In this document: positions 1-8,809 of the stretch, one piece after another
How positions within the stretch are numbered: the first letter of the stretch is position 1
How the letters are laid out: each line of letters begins with the position of its first letter
Source of the DNA: Clostridia bacterium
Lineage (GTDB): Bacteria > Bacillota > Clostridia > Oscillospirales > CAG-272
Length of the DNA stretch: 64,000 nt
NCBI GenBank assembly: GCA_017461945.1
Contig: JAFTSB010000057.1
Location: forward strand, 3,594 to 67,593
Direction of reading: 5' to 3'
Program-made: the position numbers and the translations under genes
The notes under the pieces: model-generated
Database searches by the model: none
Told to the model about the DNA's origin: nothing
What the model saw: the letters and a program-made list of their open reading frames with translations, nothing else

Positions 1-4
1 AAAG

Positions 5-37
5 AAAAGCCTTGGCGTGGCGGTGTCAAGGCATTTT
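5..37 (+). terminator. possible intrinsic terminator of a gene upstream of the window
   Basis: Stem GCCTTG (9-14) / CAAGGC (27-32) followed by ATTTT. The loop is long (12 nt), so this is weak. Confidence 0.3.
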
Positions 38-135
38 GATATAATTTTGGAGTGATGCGTATTTTTGGGTGATCTTCGCAAAGGCTTGCTGAAAAATCGG
101 CGCTGCGGACGCTAAAAATCAAAAGAATGGTTTGT

Positions 136-188
136 AAAAATGGAAAATAATAAATTAAAAATGGAAAAAAGAATGTAAAATTTGGAAA
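136..188 (+). repeat. three phased copies of AAAA(A/T)TGGAAA upstream of the dxs promoter
   Basis: AAAAATGGAAAA at 136-147 and 157-168, and AAAATTTGGAAA at 177-188. The TGG cores at 141, 162 and 183 are exactly 21 bp apart. Confidence 0.6.
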
Positions 189-229
189 CGGATCGAGAAT
201 TCCGCCGGTCTGCTTTTTTGGCGTGCCAC

Positions 230-258
230 TTGAAATATCGCGCGCGATATGTTATACT
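230..258 (+). promoter_or_regulatory. sigma-70-like promoter of dxs with a palindrome in the spacer
   Basis: TTGAAA (230-235), 17-nt spacer, TGtTATACT extended -10 (250-258). The spacer holds the perfect 16-nt palindrome ATATCGCGCGCGATAT (235-250). Confidence 0.6.
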
Positions 259-289
259 ATATAAGATATAACGAAAGGGGGTGCCCAAT

Positions 290-2194
290 ATGGAGCAATT
301 TGATCAATGGCCCGTATTGGGCACCATTGCATCTCCCGCCGATCTCAAGGAACTGCCTGCTGAAAAGTTGGAGACCTTGGCCAAGGAGATCCGGGAGTAT
401 CTTGTTTTTCGCGTTGGTGAGAACGGCGGACATCTGGCCTCCAATCTCGGTGTTGTGGAATTGACGCTGGCCATTCATCGTGTGTTTGACTCGCCTGTGG
501 ATCACATTGTATTTGATGTGGGGCATCAAAGCTATGTGCATAAGCTGTTGACCGGCCGAAAAGAGGATTTTGACACTCTTCGCGCGCCGGGTGGCCTTTC
601 GGGCTTTACCAAGCGCACCGAGAGCGCGCACGATCCCTTTGGCGCAGGGCATAGCTCCACGGCCATTTCTGCCGCCATCGGTCTGGCAGAGGCAGAGTAC
701 CGCAAGGGCAGCAACGCCTGGACGGTTGCCGTGGTAGGAGACGGCGCGCTGACAGGTGGCCTTGCTTATGAGGCATTGAACAACTGTCCGCGCCACCTGC
801 GCTTGATTTTGATCATCAATGAAAACGAGATGTCCATCTCGCCCAACACAGGGCGCCTTGCCAACCACTTGGCACGAATGCGTACGTCGGGGAGTTATTT
901 AAAAACCAAGGAAGTTACCTCGGGTGCCCTCCGTCATATTCCTTTGATCGGTCGTCCGCTGTACTATCTGATCCGCCGTGCCAAGCGTGGGGTGCGCCAT
1001 CTGCTTTACAAAGAAAATCTGTTTGAACACATGGGAATCCGATATCGTGGACCAGTGGACGGGCACGATACCGATGGCCTGATCGCCCTGCTGGATAATA
1101 CCAAGCGCTTGGGTGAGAGTGTACTGCTGCACGTCAAAACGAAAAAGGGAATGGGGTATGCTCCCGCTGCATCCGACCCCAATGCATACCACTCTTTGCC
1201 GCCCAAGGGCAAGACACCTGTCGGCGAGACCTTTTCCGGGGCGTTTGGTCGCCACCTTTGCCGGTTGGCAGAGGGAAACCGCGATCTTTGCGCCATCACC
1301 GCGGCCATGAGCTGTGGAACGGGACTGGAGCCGTTTCGTGCCCAATACCCCGATCGTTTTTGGGATGTGGGGATTGCTGAGGGGCACGCGGTGACCTTTG
1401 CATCCGGCCTCTGCGCCGGCGGTTTGCGGCCTGTGGTCGCTGTTTATTCCACATTTTTGCAGCGTGCCTATGATAATGTGCTGCACGATGCCGCCCTGCA
1501 GGAATTGCCATTGGTTCTGTGTATTGACCGTGCCGGTCTCAATGCGGGAGACGGCCCCACACATCACGGCATTTTTGATGTGGCGCTGCTGTCGGCCCTG
1601 CCCGGTGTGACCATCTACGCGCCGGTGACGTTGGCCGGTCTTGGTCACTCTCTGGAGGAGGCCTTGACAAAAAAGAAGGGTGTTTCTGCCATCCGCTACC
1701 CCAACGGCGGTCAAAATGCGGAAACGGTAGCCGCTTTTTATCCCCATGGAACAGACGACGGTCAGCCCCTTGGAGTGCGCGTGTGGGAGAACGGTGTTGC
1801 CGATGTACCGTTGACCGTGGTGACCCACGGACGCATTGCCACCGTTGCCCTGGAGGCCGCACGGGCTTTGGGCAAGGTGGGGATCGGCGTGCGTATAGTG
1901 CTGTGTGAAATACTGGCACCGTATGACCGTTTGGCTCATATGGTGGCACCGCATTTGTGTCAAAATGTTCTGTTTTTGGAGGAGGAGATCCGCACGGGCG
2001 GCTTTGGTATGTGCCTTTGTGATGCATTGGAAAGACAAGGTACGATGGCTCACCGCCATCGCGTGATCCTTGGTACCGAGAACGGCTTTGTGACTCCCGA
2101 AAAAGGAAAATCCATGCTGCAAGCCGCAAGATTGGATGCCGAAAACGTGCAAACGGTAGCAGAAAAAATGATCAAAGGAGAAATGTCATGTTAA
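290..2194 (+). CDS. dxs: 1-deoxy-D-xylulose-5-phosphate synthase
   Basis: N-terminus MEQFDQWPVLGTIASPADLKEL and HLASNLGVVELT, plus the TPP motif VVGDGALTGGLAYEALN. SD GAAAGGGGG lies 8 nt before ATG 290; the track ORF starts at in-frame GTG 281. Confidence 0.93.
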   Translation: MEQFDQWPVLGTIASPADLKELPAEKLETLAKEIREYLVFRVGENGGHLASNLGVVELTLAIHRVFDSPVDHIVFDVGHQSYVHKLLTGRKEDFDTLRAPGGLSGFTKRTESAHDPFGAGHSSTAISAAIGLAEAEYRKGSNAWTVAVVGDGALTGGLAYEALNNCPRHLRLILIINENEMSISPNTGRLANHLARMRTSGSYLKTKEVTSGALRHIPLIGRPLYYLIRRAKRGVRHLLYKENLFEHMGIRYRGPVDGHDTDGLIALLDNTKRLGESVLLHVKTKKGMGYAPAASDPNAYHSLPPKGKTPVGETFSGAFGRHLCRLAEGNRDLCAITAAMSCGTGLEPFRAQYPDRFWDVGIAEGHAVTFASGLCAGGLRPVVAVYSTFLQRAYDNVLHDAALQELPLVLCIDRAGLNAGDGPTHHGIFDVALLSALPGVTIYAPVTLAGLGHSLEEALTKKKGVSAIRYPNGGQNAETVAAFYPHGTDDGQPLGVRVWENGVADVPLTVVTHGRIATVALEAARALGKVGIGVRIVLCEILAPYDRLAHMVAPHLCQNVLFLEEEIRTGGFGMCLCDALERQGTMAHRHRVILGTENGFVTPEKGKSMLQAARLDAENVQTVAEKMIKGEMSC

Positions 2195-2817
2195 TAACAG
2201 AGCGCACCTGCGTTATGAATTTCGAAAACGCCATCCGTGGGGCACGCAATCCCATGAACAGCTGGGCCCGTATGGATAGTACCTATGACGAAAAGGGCAA
2301 TTTTGTTTTGGGCCCCAACGATCTGGACCTGGCCAAGCGACTGGCACGCGCCGGCAGCGATCACCGCAAATACCTGCGCCAAATCTTTGTGTCGGTGGAT
2401 ATCACCGCTCCCTTGTATTGGTGGAAGGAATTTGACACCTATAAGGTAGGAACGGTTGCCAATTCCTGCTCTACGATGCATAAAATTCACGCAAAGCCCT
2501 TTGAACGAGATGATTTTTCAAACGATTATCTGGATGAAGGCGGCCTGCAGGCTTTGGATGCTTTGATTGCCTATTTGGAAGGGGAGCGCGTGAAATTTAC
2601 GCAGGATAAGACCAATAAGCAGGCTTGGCACAATATGATCCAGCTGCTGCCCTCGTCCTTCAATCAAATGCGCACCGTGTCGCTGAATTACGAGGTGCTG
2701 ATCAATATTTACTATGCTCGTCGCACCCACAAGCTGGCCGAATGGCATACGCTGTGCGACTGGATCCTTTCGTTGCCCTACGCTCGCGAGCTGATCACCG
2801 TCCGCGAGGAAAATTGA
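2188..2817 (+). CDS. hypothetical protein, distant ThyX/Thy1-like by eye with substrate motifs not conserved
   Basis: AAAGGAG SD 7 nt before ATG 2188; overlaps the dxs stop by 7 nt. GSDHRKYLRQIFVSVDITAPLYWWKEFDTYKVGTVANSCSTMH resembles the ThyX core, but RHRxxS and SxRY are replaced. Confidence 0.7.
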   Translation: MLITERTCVMNFENAIRGARNPMNSWARMDSTYDEKGNFVLGPNDLDLAKRLARAGSDHRKYLRQIFVSVDITAPLYWWKEFDTYKVGTVANSCSTMHKIHAKPFERDDFSNDYLDEGGLQALDALIAYLEGERVKFTQDKTNKQAWHNMIQLLPSSFNQMRTVSLNYEVLINIYYARRTHKLAEWHTLCDWILSLPYARELITVREEN

Positions 2818-2824
2818 CCAAAAT

Positions 2825-2847
2825 GCCGCACACGGTGCGGCGTTTTT
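2825..2847 (+). terminator. intrinsic terminator
   Basis: GCCGCAC-ACG-GTGCGGC hairpin followed by GTTTTT. Confidence 0.7.
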
Positions 2848-2870
2848 GCCCCTTGAAAAGGAGATAATGT

Positions 2871-3980
2871 ATGATTAAATATCGATTGCAGATCGGCCTT
2901 GACGTGGACGATGTTCTGTACGACTGTAACGCCTATGCATTGGAGTGGCTCAATCGGGAGGAGCAGATTGATCCCCCCTTGCATGTCTATGATATCCATG
3001 GCTGGGGAACGGGCGACGAGCGACTGGATCGTCGTATTCGCTATTTTTCAGATCCGCATTTTGTAGAAACGCAGCCCATTTTGCCCGGTGCCAAGGAATT
3101 TGTGCGCAAGCTGACTGAGGTGGCGGAGGTGTTTTTTGTTTCCGCAGTACCGCCTGCCTGTATGAGCGCTCGCGCACTGCGTCTGCGTGAGGATTTTCCT
3201 GAGGTGCCTGCCGAAAATATTTTGCTTGGCACCCGCAAGGATCTGGTGCAGTTGGATATTTTGCTGGATGATGGTGCTCATAACATTTCACGTTCTCCCG
3301 CCACCTATCCAGTACTGTTCCGCAAACCTTGGAATGTGCACCTTTCCGGTTTGATTTCTGTGAATACGTATGACGATTTTGAGCATTTGGTGGAGATTTT
3401 GCGTGCGGCATCCTCGCTGGCTAAGCCCGATTTGACCAAGGGCGGCGTTGTTTGCTTGGTGGGCCCCACGGGCAGCGGCAAAAATGAGATCGCCGAAGCT
3501 TTGGTTCGTGAACATCAAATGATCCGCCCAGTGTCGGTGACGACACGGCCCAACAAGGCCGGCTCCGACGACGATCATTACAAGGTGGTATCGAAAAAGG
3601 AATTTTTCAAGCTGGCCAATGCAGACAAGTTCCTGGAGACCACCGTTTATAGCGGCCATCATTTCGGCACGCTGACCGAAGAACTGGACAATATCGTTTC
3701 CGCCGAAAAATGTGCTGTCATTCCCATTGATATTTGTGGCGCGCTCAGTATGAAAAATCGCTACCGTTCCCGGGCTATGTTGGTCTTTACGCGCTGCCGA
3801 CGCGAGCGCGTGGTGCTGGATATTGTATCTCGCGACCTGGATCCCACCGATAAGACCTGCCGCATTCTATCCTTGGATGATGAATATCGCAACGAGGAGC
3901 TTTGCGATCTGACCGTGCGCACCGACCGTGGGCCGGCAGAGGCCGTTCATGCGATCACGGCCGCCATCACAAAGGGGTAA
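2871..3980 (+). CDS. fusion protein: HAD-type 5'(3')-deoxyribonucleotidase-like N-domain plus guanylate-kinase-like P-loop C-domain
   Basis: N-terminal HAD motif I LDVDDVLYD. C-terminal P-loop GPTGSGKNEI and VSVTTRPNKAGSDDDHYKVVSKKEFFKL...TTVYSGHHFGT (guanylate-kinase pattern). SD AAAAGGAG before the ATG. Confidence 0.75.
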   Translation: MIKYRLQIGLDVDDVLYDCNAYALEWLNREEQIDPPLHVYDIHGWGTGDERLDRRIRYFSDPHFVETQPILPGAKEFVRKLTEVAEVFFVSAVPPACMSARALRLREDFPEVPAENILLGTRKDLVQLDILLDDGAHNISRSPATYPVLFRKPWNVHLSGLISVNTYDDFEHLVEILRAASSLAKPDLTKGGVVCLVGPTGSGKNEIAEALVREHQMIRPVSVTTRPNKAGSDDDHYKVVSKKEFFKLANADKFLETTVYSGHHFGTLTEELDNIVSAEKCAVIPIDICGALSMKNRYRSRAMLVFTRCRRERVVLDIVSRDLDPTDKTCRILSLDDEYRNEELCDLTVRTDRGPAEAVHAITAAITKG

Positions 3981-4047
3981 AAACGCACAATACTGAATGA
4001 ATTTTCTGCATAGAACATTCTATATTGTATAAAATCACACTTTATGC

Positions 4048-4076
4048 TTGACATTTGCATATTTATACGCTATAAT
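4048..4076 (+). promoter_or_regulatory. sigma-70-like promoter of the amino-acid ABC transporter operon
   Basis: TTGACA (4048-4053), 17-nt spacer, TATAAT (4071-4076). Confidence 0.7.
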
Positions 4077-4136
4077 ACTAATGCCTTACGGCTTTAATAT
4101 CTACCCTATGGGGTTGCTTTGAAAGGAAATATGACC

Positions 4137-5030
4137 ATGAAAAAGGTACTGACTCTGGTGCTTGCCGTGCTGATGCTGGTGACCTGCGTAGCCGCCTTCT
4201 CGGCGTGCAGCAAGACCAATGATGATTTTGTGGCTGTGGATGCCGCCGACCTGCTGCAGGAGGATTTCGGCATCGCCGTGAAAAAGAACTCGCCCGAGCT
4301 GCTGGCTGCTGTCAATACGGTGGTTGACGAATGGGTTGCTAACGGCACTATGACCAAGTACGTGGAGTACTACACCGCTTTGGCCGATTATGCCGAAAAG
4401 GGCGGCACCGCCCCCGAGGCCGGTGATCTGAAGACCTCTTGGGATTTTGGCACCGCTACCGAGGTGATTACGGTTTATACCGAATCCGGCTTTGCCCCTT
4501 TTGAGTTTATCTACAACAACGAGGTGGTTGGCGTTGACTTTGCTATTATGAACCAGGTCGCCGTGAATATGGGCAAAAAGGTTGTGGTAAAGGACATTGC
4601 CTTTGATACCATTCCTACCTCCGTTAAGTCCGATACCGGCCTTGCCGTGGGTGCTGCCGGTATGACCATTACCGATGAGCGCCGCGAGGAGGTTGACTTC
4701 TCCAGCATTTATTACAGCTCCACCTTGGTGGTGGTTTCCGCTAAGGATAAGGCGATTGGCAGTGTTGCCGAGCTGGCAGGCTTGAAGGTGGGCGTGCAGG
4801 AGGGCACCAGCGGTGACCTGATCATCTCCGATGCCAAGGGCGACGGCTACTCCTATGAGGTGGAAAAGGAAGACGGCACCGTTGAGACCATTGTGGTCAA
4901 GGCTGCCGGCGCTACGGTATCCCAGTATAAGCAGTATGCACTGGCTCTGGCCGATCTCAAGGCCGGCCGCATTGATGCCATTCTGATGGATAAGCTGCCT
5001 GCACAAACCATGCTGAGTGCTGCAGAATAA
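4137..5030 (+). CDS. amino-acid ABC transporter substrate-binding lipoprotein (SBP family 3)
   Basis: Signal peptide plus lipobox MKKVLTLVLAVLMLVTCVAAFSAC. FAPFEF, VGVDFAI and MTITDERREEVDFSSIYY are typical of polar amino-acid binding proteins. AAAGGA lies 8 nt before ATG 4137. Confidence 0.88.
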   Translation: MKKVLTLVLAVLMLVTCVAAFSACSKTNDDFVAVDAADLLQEDFGIAVKKNSPELLAAVNTVVDEWVANGTMTKYVEYYTALADYAEKGGTAPEAGDLKTSWDFGTATEVITVYTESGFAPFEFIYNNEVVGVDFAIMNQVAVNMGKKVVVKDIAFDTIPTSVKSDTGLAVGAAGMTITDERREEVDFSSIYYSSTLVVVSAKDKAIGSVAELAGLKVGVQEGTSGDLIISDAKGDGYSYEVEKEDGTVETIVVKAAGATVSQYKQYALALADLKAGRIDAILMDKLPAQTMLSAAE

Positions 5031-5095
5031 CAATCACATACAACGAAGGGTGAAGGGGCGAAAGCTCGTTCACCCTTCCCAATGAAAGAGGATTT

Positions 5096-5809
5096 ATGGA
5101 ACAATTATGGACGCGATTTTCCAAAGCGTTTCTGGTGCAGGATCGCTGGAAAATGTATTTGGAGGGCTTGGGTAACACCCTGCTGATCGCCCTAATCGCC
5201 GCCCTGATCGGCATTGTGATCGGCGTGGTGATGGCAATGGTCAATTACATCAATAAAAAGACCGGGCGCTTAAAGGTATTATCCAAGATCTGCAATTTTT
5301 ATATTACCGTTGTGCGCGGCACCCCTGTGGTTTTGCAGCTGATGATTCTGTATTTTGTGGTGTTTGCCTTTTGGGATAACGGCATCATGATCGGTGCCAT
5401 TACCTTTGGTATGAACTCCGGTGCCTATGTGGCCGAAATTGCGCGCTCCGGCTTTGAGAGTGTGGATGACGGTCAAATGGAGGCCGGCCGTTCGCTGGGT
5501 CTTTCCACGTGGCAGACCGTGCGCGCAATCATCATTCCACAGGCCTTGCGCAATTGCTTGCCCCCCCTCTTCAATGAGTTTATTATGCTGGTCAAGGAGA
5601 CCGCTATCGTTGGCTATGTGGGTATTTACGATCTGGGCAAAATCCCGGGACTGATCCAATCCCGTACCTTTGATTATCTGTTCCCGCTGCTGATCGCTGC
5701 ATTGCTTTATTTGGCGGTGGTGTTGGTGCTGACGCGGATTTTGCACATCATCGAAAAGCGGTTGGCTAAGAGTGACCGAAACGGGGGAGGTGTTGGCAAT
5801 GGAAAATAA
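5096..5809 (+). CDS. amino-acid ABC transporter permease (His/Glu/Gln/Arg/opine family)
   Basis: Multi-TM protein with the EAA-like loop [28 protein letters not shown], between the SBP and ATPase genes. Confidence 0.9.
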   Translation: MEQLWTRFSKAFLVQDRWKMYLEGLGNTLLIALIAALIGIVIGVVMAMVNYINKKTGRLKVLSKICNFYITVVRGTPVVLQLMILYFVVFAFWDNGIMIGAITFGMNSGAYVAEIARSGFESVDDGQMEAGRSLGLSTWQTVRAIIIPQALRNCLPPLFNEFIMLVKETAIVGYVGIYDLGKIPGLIQSRTFDYLFPLLIAALLYLAVVLVLTRILHIIEKRLAKSDRNGGGVGNGK

Positions 5810-6608
5810 ACCCTTGATCGAGGTCAGAGAGCTGACCAAAAGCTTTGGTGAGCTGCAGGTGCTGCGATCGGTTTCGGTGGATATCATGCCCGGAGAAAAG
5901 GTTGTCATCATTGGCGCCTCCGGCTCCGGAAAAAGCACGCTGCTGCGTTGCCTGAACTGTTTGGAGGATCCCACCGGTGGCTCGATTATGTTCGAGGACG
6001 AGGATCTGGCCGACCCCAAGGTGGATATCAATATCCATCGCCAAAAAATGGGTATGGTGTTTCAACAATTCAATCTGTTCAACAATAAAACCGTGCTTCA
6101 GAATATCACGTTGGCTCCTGTGACCATCCGCAAAAAGAAGCTGGCGCAGGCCAAACGCCGGGCGCTGTTTGGAAAGTGCGAAAAGCCTATCGAAACCAAA
6201 GAGCAGATTTTGAAAGAGGAAAACGAAAAGGCGATGCAGCTCCTTGCACGCATTGGCCTGGAGGATAAGGCTAACGTGTATCCTTCTACACTCTCGGGTG
6301 GACAAAAGCAGCGCATTGCCATTGTGCGCGCCCTTGCGATGAATCCCAAGGTGATGCTGTTTGACGAGCCTACCTCCGCCCTTGACCCCGAAATGGTAGG
6401 CGAGGTGCTGGATCTGATGAAGCAGCTGGCCGATGAGGGCATGACGATGGCTATCGTGACCCATGAGATGGGCTTTGCCCGTGAGGTGGCGGATCGCATC
6501 CTCTTTATGGATGACGGTGTCATCGCTGAGCAGGGTAGTCCCGAGGAGATCTTTGGCAATCCCCAAAGCGAGCGCTTGAAGGCGTTTCTTGCCAAGGTGC
6601 TTTCATAA
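5799..6608 (+). CDS. amino-acid ABC transporter ATP-binding protein
   Basis: Walker [11 protein letters not shown]-loop MVFQQFNLF, signature [15 protein letters not shown], Walker [13 protein letters not shown]. Start chosen at MENKPLIEV, overlapping the permease stop. Confidence 0.92.
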   Translation: MENKPLIEVRELTKSFGELQVLRSVSVDIMPGEKVVIIGASGSGKSTLLRCLNCLEDPTGGSIMFEDEDLADPKVDINIHRQKMGMVFQQFNLFNNKTVLQNITLAPVTIRKKKLAQAKRRALFGKCEKPIETKEQILKEENEKAMQLLARIGLEDKANVYPSTLSGGQKQRIAIVRALAMNPKVMLFDEPTSALDPEMVGEVLDLMKQLADEGMTMAIVTHEMGFAREVADRILFMDDGVIAEQGSPEEIFGNPQSERLKAFLAKVLS

Positions 6609-6614
6609 AACAGT

Positions 6615-6645
6615 AAAACGGTGCGCTGAAAAGCGCACCGTTTTG
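6615..6645 (+). terminator. intrinsic terminator
   Basis: CGGTGCGC (6619-6626) / GCGCACCG (6633-6640) followed by TTTT. Confidence 0.75.
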
Positions 6646-6705
6646 TCATTTTTATGCCCTTTTGCATAGGCTGACAGAAAGGATTTTTGCTTTTGTGAGG
6701 TGCGT

Positions 6706-8058
6706 ATGGGAAAATATTTTGGGACCGATGGATTTCGGGGCGAGGTAGGACGACAGCTCACCACCGAGCACGCCTTTGCGATCGGTCGTTTTATGGGACA
6801 TCATTTGCAGGGGGACCACCGTCCGCGCGTACTGATCGGAAAGGATACGCGCCGCTCCTCCTATACGCTGGAATACGGCTTAATAGCAGGGCTGACAGCC
6901 TCGGGGGCAGAAGCGCACCTGGTACACGTGCTTCCAACGCCGGGGGTGTCGTATCTGGTACAGACACAGGGCTTTGATTGTGGCATTATGATTTCGGCCA
7001 GTCACAACCGATTTTCGGATAACGGTATTAAAATTTTTGCGCAAAACGGCGCCAAACTGGACGATGATACCACCGCATTGTTAGAGACCTTTCTGGATGG
7101 GGAACGGACGTTGCCGTCGGCGCAAGGAACGGATATCGGCACGGCGGTGGATGCAGGACCGATGGGCGAGCGGTATATGACCCATCTGCGGCAAAGCGTA
7201 CAGGGCGATCTGAAAGGTCTGCGTGTTGGGCTGGACTGTGCCAATGGCAGTGCTTCGCGCCTGGGCGAGATGCTCTTTCGGAATTTGGGTGCAACGGTCT
7301 TTCCCCTTCATTGCACCCCCGACGGCGTTAATATCAACCGCTCCTGTGGCTCCACGCATCCCGAAAGCCTTCAACGGTTGGTGGTGGAAAAGGGACTTGA
7401 TGTGGGGTTTGCGCTGGATGGCGATGCCGATCGTTGTATTGCGGTAGATCACGCCGGGCGCGTGGTGGACGGTGACGGCATTTTGTATGTCATGGGGCAA
7501 TATCTCAAGGCCGCCGGTCGCTTGAAGCACAATACCGTCATTACAACTGTGATGTCAAATATGGGGTTATATCAAGCCTTGGATGCCCTTGACATAACGT
7601 ATGAAAGCACACCCGTTGGCGACCGTTTTGTACACGAGCGAATGGTGCAGACCGATTGCGTTTTGGGGGGAGAACAATCGGGGCATATCATTTTCGGCGA
7701 ATATGCGGATACGGGTGACGGCCTGTTGACCGCGTTGCTGATTGCCGAGCGAATTTGCCGAAGCGGAAAAAGCTTGCAGCAGCTGACGGCAGGCTTTCAC
7801 TCCTACCCGCAACTGACCAAGACCTTTTATGTGTCAAATAGGGAGATGGTCATGGCCGATCCTGCTGTTTTACAAGTGGTGCAGGAGGCGGCCGTCGCGT
7901 TAGCGGGAAAGGGAAGGGTGCTGGCGCGCACCAGCGGTACCGAGCCGGCTGTGCGCTTGACCGTAGAAGCACCGGATGGCGCATTTTGTCGGAAAATTGT
8001 GGAACGTATGGCCGAAATCCTGCAACAAAGGAGGTTTTTGAGCGATGCTGATCACTGA
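6706..8058 (+). CDS. glmM: phosphoglucosamine mutase
   Basis: MGKYFGTDGFRGEVG N-terminus, phosphoserine loop SASHNRFSDNGIK, metal loop LDGDADR, GEQSGH. Confidence 0.92.
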   Translation: MGKYFGTDGFRGEVGRQLTTEHAFAIGRFMGHHLQGDHRPRVLIGKDTRRSSYTLEYGLIAGLTASGAEAHLVHVLPTPGVSYLVQTQGFDCGIMISASHNRFSDNGIKIFAQNGAKLDDDTTALLETFLDGERTLPSAQGTDIGTAVDAGPMGERYMTHLRQSVQGDLKGLRVGLDCANGSASRLGEMLFRNLGATVFPLHCTPDGVNINRSCGSTHPESLQRLVVEKGLDVGFALDGDADRCIAVDHAGRVVDGDGILYVMGQYLKAAGRLKHNTVITTVMSNMGLYQALDALDITYESTPVGDRFVHERMVQTDCVLGGEQSGHIIFGEYADTGDGLLTALLIAERICRSGKSLQQLTAGFHSYPQLTKTFYVSNREMVMADPAVLQVVQEAAVALAGKGRVLARTSGTEPAVRLTVEAPDGAFCRKIVERMAEILQQRRFLSDADH

Positions 8059-8704
8059 TTTTTGGGACTTGTCGCACACCGCTGCTGCACCGTTGCTTCA
8101 CACATGTCCATATCCTTGGGAGGCGCTGGCGCACCTGCGCGAATGGATTCTGTCTTACGGCGATGGGCTGGATCGGGAGTCATACCACCATCCCATGGAA
8201 GGCGTTTGGATCGCCAAAAGCGCCAAGGTGGCGCCTTCGGCGGTGATCAAAGGGCCTGCCATCATCGGTGAGGAGAGTGAGGTGCGACAAGGGGCTTTTT
8301 TGCGCGGCGGAACGGTAGTGGGCGAGGGCTGCGTGGTGGGAAATTCCACCGAGCTGAAGGGCTGCATCCTGTTCGACGGCGTACAGGTGCCGCATTTTAA
8401 TTACGTGGGGGATTCGATCCTGGGCTATAAGGCCCATTTGGGTGCAGGGGCGGTAACCTCGAATGTGAAGGGAGACCGTTCCCCCGTCACGGTGCAATGG
8501 GGCACACATTGCCACCCGACGGGGCTGCGGAAGCTGGGTGCTTTGGTGGGGGATTTTGCTGAGATCGGTTGCCAAGCGGTGTTAAGTCCCGGGGCCGTGT
8601 TGGGACGCCGGAGCACGGTCTATCCACTCTCGCATGTGCGGGGTTATGTGCCGCCGGATAGTATTTTGAAGGGGGAACGGGGAATTTTCTCCAAACGCAA
8701 ATAA
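8045..8704 (+). CDS. hexapeptide-repeat (left-handed beta-helix) protein, GlmU C-terminal acetyltransferase-like
   Basis: Repeated [LIV]G-x4 hexads (IIGEESEVRQGAFLRGGTVVGEGCVVGNSTELKGCILFDGVQV). Overlaps the glmM stop. Confidence 0.7.
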   Translation: MLITDFWDLSHTAAAPLLHTCPYPWEALAHLREWILSYGDGLDRESYHHPMEGVWIAKSAKVAPSAVIKGPAIIGEESEVRQGAFLRGGTVVGEGCVVGNSTELKGCILFDGVQVPHFNYVGDSILGYKAHLGAGAVTSNVKGDRSPVTVQWGTHCHPTGLRKLGALVGDFAEIGCQAVLSPGAVLGRRSTVYPLSHVRGYVPPDSILKGERGIFSKRK

Positions 8705-8732
8705 AAATTATCCGAATCCTGCGAAAAGTCGG

Positions 8733-8761
8733 TTGACATTCCGATGAAAAAAAGGTATACT
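8733..8761 (+). promoter_or_regulatory. sigma-70-like promoter of galE
   Basis: TTGACA (8733-8738), 17-nt spacer, TATACT (8756-8761). Confidence 0.65.
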
Positions 8762-8809
8762 GAATACAATGAAATAATCGCGGCTGTGCCGCGGATGGGA
8801 GTGTGTCAT

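Noticed and set aside
2825-2841. A 17-nt string, GCCGCACACGGTGCGGC, identical to the terminator at 52935-52951; possible dispersed repeat (REP-like).
   Set aside because: Both are simple 7-bp-stem terminators in the expected position after genes. The flanks are unrelated, and only two copies are seen, so this is convergent terminator sequence rather than a mobile repeat.
5799-6608. About 20 extra residues ([32 protein letters not shown]) between the Q-loop and the signature motif of the ABC ATPase.
   Set aside because: The helical-domain linker is variable in this family and all catalytic motifs are intact. It is noted but not considered significant without alignments.
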